From Oscillospiraceae bacterium (GTDB lineage Bacteria > Bacillota > Clostridia > Oscillospirales > Oscillospiraceae), in the NCBI GenBank assembly GCA_017515345.1, contig JAFWFZ010000007.1, positions 3,678 to 67,677 of the forward strand: a DNA stretch of 64,000 bases. The letters are read 5' to 3'. Both the position numbers and the translations under genes were made by a program. Every line of letters begins with the position of its first letter. Position 1 is the stretch's first letter. Below the pieces are notes generated by a model, which was not told the DNA's origin, ran no database searches, and was given only the letters and a program-made list of their open reading frames with translations. Shown here piece by piece: positions 40,600-51,112 of this stretch.

Positions 40600-42914
40600 T
40601 TCTTCTCCGCGGCAGAAGCCGCGGGCTTCTTCGCCCGGGTGGAGGCCGTCTTTTTTCCCGTGCCGGAGGCGGCCTTCTTCGTCCCGGCGGAGCGGGAGGA
40701 GGTCTTCCGCGCGGCAGTCGTCTGCTTTGTCCGGGAGGACGTTTTCTTCCCGGCGGGCTCAGCCTCGGCCGCGGGCGCGCCCGCGGCATCCCCCGGCTGG
40801 GCGGCGGTCCTGCGGTAGCCCCGCTTATCCTCCGGGGTGAAATTGGCGCAGTCCGGGTTGATGCAGAAGGGCTTCCGGTAGCCCCGGCCGGAGCGCTTGA
40901 ACATGGTCCAGCCGCACTGGGGGCAGTCGTCCTTCACCGGCACGTCCCAGGTGATGAACCCGCAGGTCTTCAGATTCTCGCAGGCGTAGTAGGTGTATCC
41001 GTTGCGGGAGGTGCGCTTCAGGATGCGCTTGCCGCACCTGGGGCACCGCCCGGGCATCTCGATGACGAGCGGCTTCGTGAAATTGCACTCCGGATAGCCG
41101 GGGCAGGCCAAAAAGCGCCCGAACCGGCCGGTCTTGACGACCATTTTCCGGCCGCACACGTCGCATACCTCGTCGGAGACCTCGTCGGGGACCTTGATGC
41201 GCTCCCCGTCCAGGGCCTTCTCCGCGTCCTCCAGGGACTGCTCAAAGCCGCCGTAGAACTCCTGCAGCAGGCCCCGCCAGTCCTTCTGTCCCTTCTCGAC
41301 GCTGTCCAGCTCCTCCTCCATGCGGGCGGTGAATTTCAGGTCCACGATGTCCGAAAACCGGTCCTTCATGAGCTGGGTGACCACCTCGCCCAGGGGCGTC
41401 GGCCGGAGGAAGCGCCCCTCCTTGACCACGTATTCCCGGGAAAGGATGGTGGAGATGGTGGGCGCGTAGGTGCTGGGGCGGCCGACCCCCGTCTCCTCCA
41501 TGGATCGGATCAGCGTCGCCTCCGTATAGCGGGAGGGGGGCTGGGTGAATTTCTGTTCCTTTTTGAGCTCGTTGAGCTTCAGCGGGTCGCCCACGTGGAG
41601 CTCCGGCAGCGGGGACGCCTTTTCCTCATGCTCCTCGTCGCCGGATTCCTCATAGACCGCGGTGAAGCCCGCGAATTTCAGCGCGGAGTGCCCGGCGCGG
41701 AAGAGGTAGCCCGCCGACTCCACGTCCACCGTGACGCTGTCATAGACCGCCGCGGCCATCTGGCTGGCCACGAACCGGCCCCAGATGAGCCGGTAGAGCT
41801 TGTACTGGTCGCTGGTGAGGCTGGACCGGATCTCCTCCGGCACCACGAACACGCTGCTGGGCCGGATAGCCTCATGGGCGTCCTGGGCGCCGGCCTTCGT
41901 TTTGAAGGTGCGGGGGGAGCCGTTGTAGTATTCCCTGCCGTAGCGATCCTCGATGAGCTGCCTGGCGTCGGCCAGGGCCACCGCCGAGATGCGCAGCGAA
42001 TCGGTACGCATATAGGTGATGAGGCCGACGGTGCCCTCGCCCTTGAGCTCCACGCCCTCGTAGAGCTGCTGGGCGATGGACATGGTCCGCTGGGGCGTCA
42101 TGCCCAGCTTCCTCGACGCCTCCTGCTGGAGGGTGGAGGTGATGAAGGGCGGCGACGGGGTCCGCTTTTTGTCCGTGCGCTTCACGTTCTTCACGGTAAA
42201 CGGCGCGCTGCGGACGGCGTTCTCCACCTTCTCCACGTCCTCCGCCGTGCGGAGCTCCAGCTTTTTCTCGCCCATGCCGTGGAAGCGGGCCATGAGCCGG
42301 CCGGGCTTTCCCACGCGGCTCAGGTCGGCGTCCAGCAGCCAGTATTCCTCCGGCTTGAAGGAGCGGATCTCCTCCTCCCGGTCCACGATCATCCGCGTGG
42401 CCACGGACTGCACGCGCCCGGCGGAGAGGCCGCGGCGCACCTTGCGCCACAGGAGCGGGCTCAGCTTATAGCCCACGATGCGGTCCAGGATCCTGCGGGC
42501 CTGCTGGGCGTCCACCAGGTCCATGTCGATGGCGCGGGGATTCTTGATGCTCTCCTGCACCACTTTCTTCGTGATCTCGTTGAAGGTGACCCGGTACGCG
42601 TTGTCGTCCTTCAGCTTGAGGAGCTCCTTCAGGTGCCAGGAGATGGCCTCCCCCTCCCGGTCCGGGTCGGTGGCGAGATAGACCTTCCCGCTGTTCTTCA
42701 CGTCCTTCTGCAGCGCCTTGATGGTGTCCTCCCGCCCCTTCACGGGCTGGTAGTCCGGCTCAAAGCCGTGCTCCACATCCACGCCCAGCACGCTCTTCGG
42801 CAGGTCGCGCAGATGGCCCATGGAGGCCGTCACCTTGTAGTCGCTGCCCAGGTATTTCCCGATCGTCTTCGCCTTTGCGGGCGACTCCACGATCACCAGA
42901 TTCGTCTTTGCCAT
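40596..42914 (-). CDS. topA: DNA topoisomerase I
   Basis: 772 aa with TOPRIM ([13 protein letters not shown]), the catalytic Tyr region (YMRTDS), several C4 Zn ribbons and a ~70-aa K/A/S/T-rich tail. Confidence 0.95.
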   Translation of the reverse strand: MAKTNLVIVESPAKAKTIGKYLGSDYKVTASMGHLRDLPKSVLGVDVEHGFEPDYQPVKGREDTIKALQKDVKNSGKVYLATDPDREGEAISWHLKELLKLKDDNAYRVTFNEITKKVVQESIKNPRAIDMDLVDAQQARRILDRIVGYKLSPLLWRKVRRGLSAGRVQSVATRMIVDREEEIRSFKPEEYWLLDADLSRVGKPGRLMARFHGMGEKKLELRTAEDVEKVENAVRSAPFTVKNVKRTDKKRTPSPPFITSTLQQEASRKLGMTPQRTMSIAQQLYEGVELKGEGTVGLITYMRTDSLRISAVALADARQLIEDRYGREYYNGSPRTFKTKAGAQDAHEAIRPSSVFVVPEEIRSSLTSDQYKLYRLIWGRFVASQMAAAVYDSVTVDVESAGYLFRAGHSALKFAGFTAVYEESGDEEHEEKASPLPELHVGDPLKLNELKKEQKFTQPPSRYTEATLIRSMEETGVGRPSTYAPTISTILSREYVVKEGRFLRPTPLGEVVTQLMKDRFSDIVDLKFTARMEEELDSVEKGQKDWRGLLQEFYGGFEQSLEDAEKALDGERIKVPDEVSDEVCDVCGRKMVVKTGRFGRFLACPGYPECNFTKPLVIEMPGRCPRCGKRILKRTSRNGYTYYACENLKTCGFITWDVPVKDDCPQCGWTMFKRSGRGYRKPFCINPDCANFTPEDKRGYRRTAAQPGDAAGAPAAEAEPAGKKTSSRTKQTTAARKTSSRSAGTKKAASGTGKKTASTRAKKPAASAAEKK

Positions 42915-42948
42915 TCCGGTTCCTCATTTCCAGTTTTCATCGGCTTGC

Positions 42949-44181
42949 TCAAAGGCTGAGCGTAAAGTATTTGCCGGGGAGCTGGCTGACCGTGCCCTCG
43001 ATCTCCAGCATGGTCAGCGCCGTCATCACGTCCGTGGCGCTCATCCCCGTGAGCCGGACGATCTCGTCGGCGTGCAGCCTGCCCGTATTGATCGCAAGAA
43101 CGACGCGTTTTTCGTCCTCCTGCATATTTTCCGTCATTTTTACTAGGTCAATATATCCCTCGCCGTCCGGTCTGTCAATCGTTTTTTCGGCGGCGCGTTC
43201 CGCCTCCGGCTCCCCCGGCGGCGTTATCGCCTCCGCTTCCTGCTCCGGCTCGGCGGAGGCGGCCAGGGGCGTGAACACGGCGCGGCGGCCGCTTTTCCGA
43301 AAGATCCTGTCCGGGAAAAGATGCGCGTACATCTCCGCCACGTCCCGGCCGGAGGTGGCGGCGATGGCCCCCTCCTTCAGCAGCGCGTTGGACCCGCGGC
43401 AGGCTGGAGAATCCACGTTCCCCGGCACCGCGAACACGTCCCGCCCCTGCTCCAGCGCCCGGGAGGCAGTGATGAGCGCGCCGGAGCCCTCCGGCGCCTC
43501 GATGATGACCACGCCCACGGCGAGCCCGGAAAAGATCCTGTTCCGGGCGGGAAAATGGCTCGCGGCGGGCGGCTCGCCGGGCGCGTACTCCGAGACCAGC
43601 GCGCCGTTCAGCGCCACATCGTCGTAGAGCCGGCCGTTCTCTCGCGGATAGACCACGTCCGTTCCGCAGCCCAGCACGCCGATCACCTTTCCGCCCGCGC
43701 GCAGGGCTCCCCGGGCGGCGGCGGTGTCGATCCCCCGGGCAAGCCCGGATACCACGGTGCACCCGGCCTGTCCCAGCTCAAAGCCCATCCGCTCCGCCGT
43801 GCGGACGCCGTAGGGCGTGCACCGCCTCGTGCCCGCCACGGCGATGGCCGCCTCCGAGTCCAGGTCGGGCAGATCGCCCTTCACATATAATACAACGGGC
43901 GGGTCGAAGATATTCCTCAGCCGCTCCGGGTAGGCGGCGTCCGACAGGGTCAGGATGCGCACCCCCTTCTCCGCGCAGGCGGAGGCGACGGAGGCAGCCC
44001 AGCCCAGGCTCTTGCTCTCCAGCCCGGCCAGATCCCGCTCCTTCACGTCGGATACCTTCCTGTAATCGCCCTTTTCGGCGAAGAACACCGCCATCGGATC
44101 GCCGAAATGCTCCAGCAGCCTCCGGGCGGTGTGGCTCCCGCACGCTCTGGAGAGCCAAAGCCAGTATTTCAGCGCAGACAT
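42949..44181 (-). CDS. dprA: DNA-processing protein DprA (Smf)
   Basis: I placed the start at ATG 44181 (MSALKYWLWLS). It has a Rossmann-like core (GLARGIDTAAARGAL, GNVDSPACRGSNALL) and a C-terminal winged helix. It overlaps the upstream gene by 13 nt. Confidence 0.85.
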   Translation of the reverse strand: MSALKYWLWLSRACGSHTARRLLEHFGDPMAVFFAEKGDYRKVSDVKERDLAGLESKSLGWAASVASACAEKGVRILTLSDAAYPERLRNIFDPPVVLYVKGDLPDLDSEAAIAVAGTRRCTPYGVRTAERMGFELGQAGCTVVSGLARGIDTAAARGALRAGGKVIGVLGCGTDVVYPRENGRLYDDVALNGALVSEYAPGEPPAASHFPARNRIFSGLAVGVVIIEAPEGSGALITASRALEQGRDVFAVPGNVDSPACRGSNALLKEGAIAATSGRDVAEMYAHLFPDRIFRKSGRRAVFTPLAASAEPEQEAEAITPPGEPEAERAAEKTIDRPDGEGYIDLVKMTENMQEDEKRVVLAINTGRLHADEIVRLTGMSATDVMTALTMLEIEGTVSQLPGKYFTLSL

Positions 44182-44930
44182 TTCCCGCACATCTCCCACA
44201 TGATGATCGCCGCGGCAGCCGCCGCGTTCAGGGACTCGCACCGGGGCGACATGGGGATCCGGACAAGCCCGTCGCACAGGGATATGACCTCTTTTGAAAG
44301 GCCGCGCCCCTCGCTGCCGATGGCCACCGCCGCGCCGCGCAGGTCCGTCTCCCCGATGGGACGGCATCCCTCCCCCAGGGCAGCCCCCAGGAGCCGGAGC
44401 CCGCCCGCCTTCAGGGCCCGGAGCCCGTCCAGATCCGTCTCAAAAAAGCGCTGGCGGAACACGGCGCCCATGGTGGCGCGGACGGTCTTCGGATTGTAGG
44501 GGTCGGCGCAGCCGGGCAGCAGCAGCACGGCGTCCACATCCATGGCGTTCGCCGTGCGGAGCACGGTGCCCACGTTGCCGGGGTCCTGGACGCCGTCCAG
44601 CACCACGGCGCTGCCGATCGCCCCCTCCGTCTGGCCCCGCATGCGGCAGGAGAACAGGAGCTCCGGCGGTGACTTCAGCGGAGAGGCGTAGTCCAGCAGC
44701 TCCTCCCCCGCGCCGTAAACGGGCACGGAGGGGTCCAGCCCCTCGGGCGCGTAGCCGGACGCCGTCAGCACCGCGGTGATCCCGCCGCCGAACTGCATCG
44801 CCTCCCGCAGGAGCTTTTCACCGGCGCAGAGGAACTCACCGCACGCATACCGGTATTCCCGGGATGCGCCCAGCTTTTTCAGGTGCGCGAGCTTCGGATT
44901 TTTCCGGCTTGTGATCCTCTCCATATCCAT
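44169..44930 (-). CDS. TrmH/SpoU-family RNA 2'-O-methyltransferase
   Basis: SpoU motifs (NVGTVLRTA, AIGSEGRGLS, IPM...ESLNAAAAAAI). The start is ATG 44930 after GGGAAAGAG. Confidence 0.8.
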   Translation of the reverse strand: MDMERITSRKNPKLAHLKKLGASREYRYACGEFLCAGEKLLREAMQFGGGITAVLTASGYAPEGLDPSVPVYGAGEELLDYASPLKSPPELLFSCRMRGQTEGAIGSAVVLDGVQDPGNVGTVLRTANAMDVDAVLLLPGCADPYNPKTVRATMGAVFRQRFFETDLDGLRALKAGGLRLLGAALGEGCRPIGETDLRGAAVAIGSEGRGLSKEVISLCDGLVRIPMSPRCESLNAAAAAAIIMWEMCGKCLR

Positions 44931-44974
44931 CTCTTTCCCTATCGCCGGGCCGAGCCGGCAAACAATAATATAAT

Positions 44975-45003
44975 AGTATAACCGAAACACGCGGCCATTT
45001 CAA
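44975..45003 (-). promoter_or_regulatory. Putative sigma-A promoter of the methyltransferase-dprA-topA unit
   Basis: Minus strand reads TTGAAA, 17 nt, then TATACT. Confidence 0.55.
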
Positions 45004-45019
45004 GTGCGCGCCACGGGAG

Positions 45020-45057
45020 AAAAAAAGCGGGACGGACGCGTTGTGCGTCCGTCCCGC
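45020..45057 (-). terminator. Intrinsic terminator of whiA
   Basis: Minus strand reads GCGGGACGGACGC-ACAAC-GCGTCCGTCCCGC followed by TTTTTTT. Confidence 0.75.
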
Positions 45058-45066
45058 GGCGATGCG

Positions 45067-45975
45067 TTATCGGTCATGACCTTCCTCCGCCAGGGCGACG
45101 AGCTTCCTCAGCCGGTGGTTGAGGCAGGATTTGGTGATGGGTGGATCGAACAGGGCGGCCAGCTCCGTCAGGGTGAGCTCCGGATTTTCCATGCGCATCC
45201 GCGCCGTCTCCCTGAGCTTTTCCGGCAGGGCGACGATCCCCTCCCGCCGGTCGATGGCCCGGATGGCCGCCAGCTGCTGCTGGGAGGCGTCCACCGCCTT
45301 GATGACGTTGGCCGCTTCGCAGTTCACGCGCCGGTTCACGCTGCTGCGCACGCCCTTCTCGATCTTGGCGGACATGATCTCCATAGCGGAGACCGGCGCG
45401 CCCATCATGGTGAGCAGATCCTCGATGGCGGCGCTGGGCTTGAAATAGATCATATAGTTCCCGCCCCGGGCGGCGTCCTTGGGGTAAAGCCCCATATCCA
45501 GCATGAGGGAGTAGAGCTCCCGGCTGACGTTGTAGTGGTCGGTGACGATCTCCAGATGGTACCGCTTCGCGGGATCGGTGACCGAGCCGCCTGCCAGGAA
45601 GGCGCCCCGGAGAAAGCTCACGCGGCAGCAGTCCTCCTCCAGGATGCCGAAATTGATGTGGTGGGCCAGCATGTCCTCGTCCCCGTAGCCGAAAAAGCCG
45701 CGGATGCGCCGCAGCTTTTCGTCCTTATAGATGATGAGGCTCAGCTTGCCGGTGTCCTCCGGCTGGGGAACGATATCGAACTGCACGCCGAAGGCCCGCC
45801 GGAACAGACGGGGCAGGCGGGCGGCAAATTCCCGGCTCTCGGTGATGATCCGGATCTCCCGCCTGGTGAACGTGTTGCAGAACAGGAGGACGCCGTAGCT
45901 CTCCGCGACGCAGCAGCACTTTTTGCCCGGCAGCTCCCGGCACATCTCCGCCTTTGCTTCTGATGAAAAAGACAT
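45067..45975 (-). CDS. whiA: Sporulation/cell-division regulator WhiA
   Basis: 302 aa from ATG 45975 (MSFSSEAKAEMC) with a C-terminal HTH (LTELAALFDPPITKSCLNHRLRKL). The gene order is rapZ-yvcK-whiA. Confidence 0.9.
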   Translation of the reverse strand: MSFSSEAKAEMCRELPGKKCCCVAESYGVLLFCNTFTRREIRIITESREFAARLPRLFRRAFGVQFDIVPQPEDTGKLSLIIYKDEKLRRIRGFFGYGDEDMLAHHINFGILEEDCCRVSFLRGAFLAGGSVTDPAKRYHLEIVTDHYNVSRELYSLMLDMGLYPKDAARGGNYMIYFKPSAAIEDLLTMMGAPVSAMEIMSAKIEKGVRSSVNRRVNCEAANVIKAVDASQQQLAAIRAIDRREGIVALPEKLRETARMRMENPELTLTELAALFDPPITKSCLNHRLRKLVALAEEGHDR

Positions 45976-45992
45976 AGCCCCTCCCGCCGCTC

Positions 45993-46991
45993 TCACTCGC
46001 CGTACAGCTTCGTATCGGAGTGGAGCCGGTACACGCGCATGATTTCCCTCGCCAGCTTCATGGGATCGTGGCGCGCCTGCTCCGTGCCCGACGACGCCAC
46101 GTCGGCGTATATGTATTCGACCCCGCCGCCGCAGCCCCCGCCGTTTTCCGGCGCGCAGAGGGGCCACGCCCCCGCCCGGGCATACTTTTCCACCAGTTCC
46201 TGCGCCAGCGCGCCGCTGTTGACGATGCAGCGGTCGAAGACGCGCCGTCCCGCGTGGGCAAAGATGGCGTTGATATGGTCGCTGATGGTATAGCCCTCCG
46301 TCTCGCCGGGCTGGGTCATGATGTTGCAGACGTAGAGCTTCACCGCCCGGGAGCGCTCGATAACCTCCGGCACCCCGTCCACCAGCAGATTGGGGATGAC
46401 GCTGGTATACAGGCTCCCCGGCCCCATGACGATCAGGTCGGCCTCCTCCAGGGCGGTGATGCACTGGTCCAGCGCCCGGGCGTGCCGGGGATTGAGCGCC
46501 ACGCGCTTGATGCGGCAGCAGCGCCGCTCCTTCACCTCCTGGATGTGGGACTCGCCCAGGACGGTCGATCCGTCCTCCAGCTCGGCCAGCAGCGCCACAT
46601 TGTCGTTGGTCACGGGCAGGACGCGCCCCGTGATGGCCAGTGCCTCCCCCACCCGGGCGGCCGCCTCGTCAAAGGAGTCGGAGATCCCGTTCATGGCCGC
46701 CAGCAGCAGGTTGCCGAAGCTCTGCCCCGCCAGGGACCCGTCCCGGAACCGGTAGTTCAGCAGCCGGGTCATCAGGTTCTCGTCGTCGGCCAGAGCCTGG
46801 ATGCAGTTGCGGATATCGCCGGGCGGCAGGATGCCCAGCTCGCGGCGCAGCACGCCGGAGCCGCCCCCGTCGTCGGTGACGGCCACGATGGCCGTGATGT
46901 TCTCGCTGTATTTCTTCAGGCCGCGCAGCATGGTGGAAAGGCCGGTGCCGCCGCCAAGGCAGGCGATGGAAGGCATGACAGTGCTTTTCAT
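45993..46991 (-). CDS. yvcK: YvcK/CofD-family gluconeogenesis / cell-shape factor
   Basis: 332 aa with GGGTGLSTMLRGLK. Confidence 0.9.
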   Translation of the reverse strand: MKSTVMPSIACLGGGTGLSTMLRGLKKYSENITAIVAVTDDGGGSGVLRRELGILPPGDIRNCIQALADDENLMTRLLNYRFRDGSLAGQSFGNLLLAAMNGISDSFDEAAARVGEALAITGRVLPVTNDNVALLAELEDGSTVLGESHIQEVKERRCCRIKRVALNPRHARALDQCITALEEADLIVMGPGSLYTSVIPNLLVDGVPEVIERSRAVKLYVCNIMTQPGETEGYTISDHINAIFAHAGRRVFDRCIVNSGALAQELVEKYARAGAWPLCAPENGGGCGGGVEYIYADVASSGTEQARHDPMKLAREIMRVYRLHSDTKLYGE

Positions 46992-46992
46992 A

Positions 46993-47853
46993 TCAGCTTT
47001 TCCCGATATCGCGGTTCAAAAGCTCCACCCGGTGCCCGTCGGATGCGAGCATCTCGCCCAGCTTCTCCGCCACGGCCACCGAGCGGTGGTGCCCGCCGGT
47101 GCAGCCGAAGCAGATGAACAGCTGGCTCTTCCCCTCCTCGATATACTGGGGGATCAGGAACTCGATGAGCCCGCAGAGCTTTTCCATATACTTGTTCGAC
47201 ACGTCGAAGCCGAAGATATAGTCCCGCACCTCCCGGTCGAGACCGCTCTTCTCCTTCAGCTCCGGCACGTAGAAGGGATTCGGCAGAAAGCGCACGTCGA
47301 AGACCAGGTCGGCCTCGATGGGGATGCCGAACTTATAGCCGAAGGACTCCACCGTGATCTGCATGGACTGGTCCTCGTGCCCGCTCATGAAAATGTTCAC
47401 GAGCCTGCGCTGGAGCATGCCCAGGGTGAGGCCCGAGGTGTCGATGATGTAGCTGGCCTTCCGGCGGACGGGCTCCATCAGCTCCTTCTCCCGCTGCACG
47501 GCGCCCGACAGGTCGATCCCGTCCACATCCAGCGGATGGCGGCGGCGCGTCTCCTTGTAGCGCTTCACGATGGTGTCCGTCGCGGCCTCCACGAACAGGA
47601 TGGTGTATTCGCAGCCCATGTCGTGCATCTCCTCCAGGGCGGAGAAGAGCTCGTTGAAATTCTCGATGTTCCGCACGTCGGTGACCAGGGCCACCCGCTC
47701 ATACCGGCCGCGGGTGGCGATGCACAGCTCCGCGAACTTCGGCATGAGCACCACGGGCATATTGTCCACGCAGTAAAAATCCATATCCTCCAGCACGCCG
47801 GCCACCCGGCTCTTGCCCGCGCCGGAGAGCCCGGATATGATGATGATCTCCAT
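46993..47853 (-). CDS. rapZ: RNase adapter / nucleotide-binding protein RapZ (YvcJ)
   Basis: 286 aa with the P-loop GLSGAGKS and a C-terminal GCTGGHHRSV. Confidence 0.92.
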   Translation of the reverse strand: MEIIIISGLSGAGKSRVAGVLEDMDFYCVDNMPVVLMPKFAELCIATRGRYERVALVTDVRNIENFNELFSALEEMHDMGCEYTILFVEAATDTIVKRYKETRRRHPLDVDGIDLSGAVQREKELMEPVRRKASYIIDTSGLTLGMLQRRLVNIFMSGHEDQSMQITVESFGYKFGIPIEADLVFDVRFLPNPFYVPELKEKSGLDREVRDYIFGFDVSNKYMEKLCGLIEFLIPQYIEEGKSQLFICFGCTGGHHRSVAVAEKLGEMLASDGHRVELLNRDIGKS

Positions 47854-47856
47854 GCT

Positions 47857-48777
47857 CTAGCTCCTTCCGCGGATGATCCGCACCTCCGGCTCCAGCTCGA
47901 TGCCGGAGCGTCTGAAAACCGTCTCCCGCACATGCTCCATCACGGCGAGCACATCGTCGAAGGTGGCGCCCCCGGCGTTGATGACAAAGCCCGCGTGCTT
48001 CTCCGAAACCATGGCGCCGCCCACCCGGTAGCCCTTGAGCCCCGCCTCGTCGATGAGCGCCGCGGCATAACCGCCCGCGGGCCGCTTGAACGTGCTGCCC
48101 GCGCTGGGATAATTGAGGGGCTGGCTCGCTCTCCGCTTTGCCATGAGCTCCTCCATCCTCCCCCGGATGGCCGCCCCGTCGCCCTTTTCAAGCCGGATCA
48201 CCGTTTTGAGGACCACGTCGCCGCCGGTGAAGGCGCTGTGCCGGTAGGAAAAATCGTGCTCCGCCCCCGTGAGGGTGAATTCGCGCCCCTGTTCATCCAG
48301 CGCCAGGGTGCGCACGATCACGTCCTTCATCTCCCCGCCGTAGGCCCCGGCGTTCATCACCGCCGCGCCGCCCACGGAGCCGGGGATCCCGTGGGCAAAT
48401 TCAAGCCCGGTGAGGGAATGCTCCATCGCGAAGACGGCGATGCGCGCGAGCAGCGCGCCGGACTCCGCTTCGATCTCCGTGCCGTTCAGAAGACGGACGC
48501 CCTCGAGCCCGCCGTGGGTCTTGATGACGGCGAGCTCCAGCTCCCCCTCCTCCACCAGCAGGTTCGTGCCGTTGCCGATGATCAGCGGCGCGACGCCGAG
48601 CTTGCGGCAGCAGGCGAACGACCGCTCCAGCTCCTCCGCCGAGCGGGGCAGCAGCATAAGCGCCGCGCGCCCGCCGATGCGGAAGGAGGTGTGGCCGCAC
48701 ATGGGTTCCCCCTCGCGCCGCTCCACCTCCGGCAGGAGCCGGATCAGTTCCCTTACCTTTTCCCGAAAATCAGCCAT
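47857..48777 (-). CDS. murB: UDP-N-acetylenolpyruvoylglucosamine reductase
   Basis: FAD-binding domain (HTSFRIGG). I prefer the ATG at 48777 over the TTG at 48807. It overlaps the hprK stop by 8 nt. Confidence 0.9.
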   Translation of the reverse strand: MADFREKVRELIRLLPEVERREGEPMCGHTSFRIGGRAALMLLPRSAEELERSFACCRKLGVAPLIIGNGTNLLVEEGELELAVIKTHGGLEGVRLLNGTEIEAESGALLARIAVFAMEHSLTGLEFAHGIPGSVGGAAVMNAGAYGGEMKDVIVRTLALDEQGREFTLTGAEHDFSYRHSAFTGGDVVLKTVIRLEKGDGAAIRGRMEELMAKRRASQPLNYPSAGSTFKRPAGGYAAALIDEAGLKGYRVGGAMVSEKHAGFVINAGGATFDDVLAVMEHVRETVFRRSGIELEPEVRIIRGRS

Positions 48778-49726
48778 TATTGCCCTGTCCCGAAAGCTGC
48801 TGGTCAAAATGCTTGTTGATCTGGTTCGTGAATTCCTGGGCGGCGTTGTAGCCCAGGTGCCTCTGGCGGGCGTTCATGGCGGCCACCTCCAGGATGACGG
48901 CCAGGTTCCGCCCGGGCCGCACGGGGATCGTGACGGCGGGCACGTCGATGCCCAGGATGTTCACATACTGGTCGTTGAGGCCCAGCCGGTCGTAGAGGAC
49001 GCCCTCCCGCCACTGCTCCAGATTCACCACCAGGTGGATGGTCTGCTTCTCCTTCACGGCGCCCGCGCCGAAGATCTGTCTCACATCAATGATACCTATG
49101 CCCCTGAGCTCCACATAATGACGGATGAGCGCCGGGGCCGTGCCCTGCAGCGTCTCGTAGTCCAGGGCGCTGATCTCCACCGCGTCGTCCGCCACCAGCC
49201 GGTGGCCGCGCTTCATGAGCTCGATGGCGGCCTCGCTCTTGCCGATGCCGCTGTCGCCCAGGATGAGGGTGCCCAGGCCGTAGATCTCCACCAGCACGCC
49301 GTGACGGGTGATCCGGGGGGATATCCCCAGGTACAGGACCCTGGTCATCTCCGAGGCGGCGTAGCCCGTGTCATGCTCGGTGCTGAGGATGGTCACGTCG
49401 TGCTTCCTGGCCAGCTCCTCGATCTCGTCGAAAACATTGATGCCGCGGCAGATCACCAGCGCGGGGATCTTGCGGCTCAGCAGCTCGTCGTATGCCTTTT
49501 TCCTCTGCTCCTGGGGCAGGGTGGCCAGGTATTCCGTCTCCATCCGGCCGATGAGCTGGATGCGCTCCGGATCGAAATACCCGTAAAAGCCCATGAACTG
49601 CATGCCGGGCCGGTGGACGTTCGGGGAATACAGCGGCACGTTTTCATAGTCCGAGGAGGCGTACAGCACCTCGTATTTCAGCTCATCCACTACGCTTTTC
49701 AGCTTGATCGATAGTCTCTTTTCCAT
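48770..49726 (-). CDS. hprK: HPr kinase/phosphorylase
   Basis: P-loop GDSGIGKSE. I moved the start to ATG 49726 (GGAGAGAG RBS). The longer ORF-track N-terminus crosses the promoter. Confidence 0.9.
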   Translation of the reverse strand: MEKRLSIKLKSVVDELKYEVLYASSDYENVPLYSPNVHRPGMQFMGFYGYFDPERIQLIGRMETEYLATLPQEQRKKAYDELLSRKIPALVICRGINVFDEIEELARKHDVTILSTEHDTGYAASEMTRVLYLGISPRITRHGVLVEIYGLGTLILGDSGIGKSEAAIELMKRGHRLVADDAVEISALDYETLQGTAPALIRHYVELRGIGIIDVRQIFGAGAVKEKQTIHLVVNLEQWREGVLYDRLGLNDQYVNILGIDVPAVTIPVRPGRNLAVILEVAAMNARQRHLGYNAAQEFTNQINKHFDQQLSGQGNNG

Positions 49727-49804
49727 TTCTCTCTCCATTCCGGGCTTTCCGCCGCGCCGTTCCTTTTCTTCCGAGGGACGCCAGATATAGGTCGCTTTAT
49801 ATAG

Positions 49805-49833
49805 ATTGTATAGTAATTCCCTCCGGTTTGCAA
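49805..49833 (-). promoter_or_regulatory. Putative sigma-A promoter of the hprK-murB... block
   Basis: Minus strand reads TTGCAA, 17 nt, then TACAAT. Confidence 0.55.
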
Positions 49834-49876
49834 CAGTTTTGCTCAGTTGCAACGAAATAATATTTTCAAAAAATGC

Positions 49877-49905
49877 TTGCAATTTGTTTTTCGTTCTGTT
49901 ATTAT
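49877..49905 (+). promoter_or_regulatory. Putative sigma-A promoter of rpmB
   Basis: TTGCAA, 17 nt, then TATTAT. Confidence 0.55.
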
Positions 49906-49956
49906 AGATGAGCTTATTGTTAGGCTATCTGGAATGTAGTAAGGGAGGTGCGGTAG

Positions 49957-50145
49957 TTGGCTAAATGTGCAATTTGCGATAAGGGCGTTACTTTTGGTAT
50001 CAAGGTCAGCCACTCCCACAGACGCAGCAATCGTATGTGGAAGCCGAATGTCAAGCGTGTCAAGGCTATAGTGGACGGTACTCCCTGCCACATTTACGTC
50101 TGCACACGCTGCTTGAGAAGCGGTAAAGTCACCCGCGCTGTGTGA
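49957..50145 (+). CDS. rpmB: 50S ribosomal protein L28
   Basis: 62 aa with KVSHSHRRSNRMWKPNV. It uses a TTG start behind an AAGGGAGG RBS. Confidence 0.9.
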   Translation: MAKCAICDKGVTFGIKVSHSHRRSNRMWKPNVKRVKAIVDGTPCHIYVCTRCLRSGKVTRAV

Positions 50146-50224
50146 TCAGGGCGGTTTCTTATGGCTCTATCCGCCGTTTTCGGCGGTAGGTACGCGGAAA
50201 CGCGCAGCAATAGATCGGCACGGA

Positions 50225-50260
50225 CATGCTCACGGCTTCACGCTGTGAGCATGTTTTTTT
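50225..50260 (+). terminator. Intrinsic terminator of rpmB
   Basis: 9-bp stem CATGCTCAC/GTGAGCATG followed by TTTTTTT. Confidence 0.8.
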
Positions 50261-50361
50261 GTTCCGTGGCGAATGGCGCCGCCGGTCTCCGCGCGCGGGC
50301 CGTCAGCCGGTTCCGGCGAATCAGCCGCGCCGGACCGCGAATCAGAATATGAGGTGATACC

Positions 50362-51099
50362 ATGAAAATATCCATTCTCGGGCTGGGGCACCTGGGCGGC
50401 GCCCTGCTGCGCGGTCTTCTGAAGGCCGGATGCAGCGCGGAGGACGTCACCGTGTACGACCGCAGCCCCGCCCGGTTCAGCGGGCTGGAGGGCGTCCACG
50501 CCGTCTGCGACGCGGCGGAGGCCGTTCGGGCGTCGGACGTGTGCTTCATCGTGCTGAAATCCGCCGGGTTCTTCGAGCTGGCCCCCTCCCTCTCCGGGGA
50601 GACGGGGGACGGCCGCGTTTTTGTGAGCTTCATGGCCGGGGTCACGCTGGAGGCGCTCCGCGAAGCGCTGCCCGGCGCGGCCGTGGTCCGGGCCATGCCC
50701 TCCATCGCCATCGAGAGCTGCGAGGGCATCACCGCCTACACCAAGGCGCCGGAGCCGGTGGCGGAGCTGCTGGGCAGGCTGGGCTACGCCTTTGAGACGG
50801 AGCCGGAGAACATCGAAAAGGTCATGGCCTTCGCCTCCTGCGGCATCGGCTTTGCCGCGTACCTGCTGGAAGCGTTCCGGGGCGCGGGGCTGGCGATGGG
50901 CTTTTCCGAGGAGGAATGCGGCCGGATCACGGCGCAGACCTTCAAAAACGCCCTGGACCGGGGCCATTACGCGGAGACGGTCCGCGCCGTGGCCACCAAA
51001 GGCGGCGCCACGGAGCAGGGCGTGCTGCACATGGACGGGGCCGGCGTGCCCGGGGCGGTCAGCGCCGCGGTGCGGAAGGCCTATGAACGGATGCTGTGA
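50362..51099 (+). CDS. proC: Pyrroline-5-carboxylate reductase family protein
   Basis: 245 aa with a Rossmann motif (ILGLGHLGGA) and a P5CR C-terminal motif (ATKGGATEQG). Confidence 0.75.
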   Translation: MKISILGLGHLGGALLRGLLKAGCSAEDVTVYDRSPARFSGLEGVHAVCDAAEAVRASDVCFIVLKSAGFFELAPSLSGETGDGRVFVSFMAGVTLEALREALPGAAVVRAMPSIAIESCEGITAYTKAPEPVAELLGRLGYAFETEPENIEKVMAFASCGIGFAAYLLEAFRGAGLAMGFSEEECGRITAQTFKNALDRGHYAETVRAVATKGGATEQGVLHMDGAGVPGAVSAAVRKAYERML

Positions 51100-51112
51100 C
51101 GGAGGGAGCATT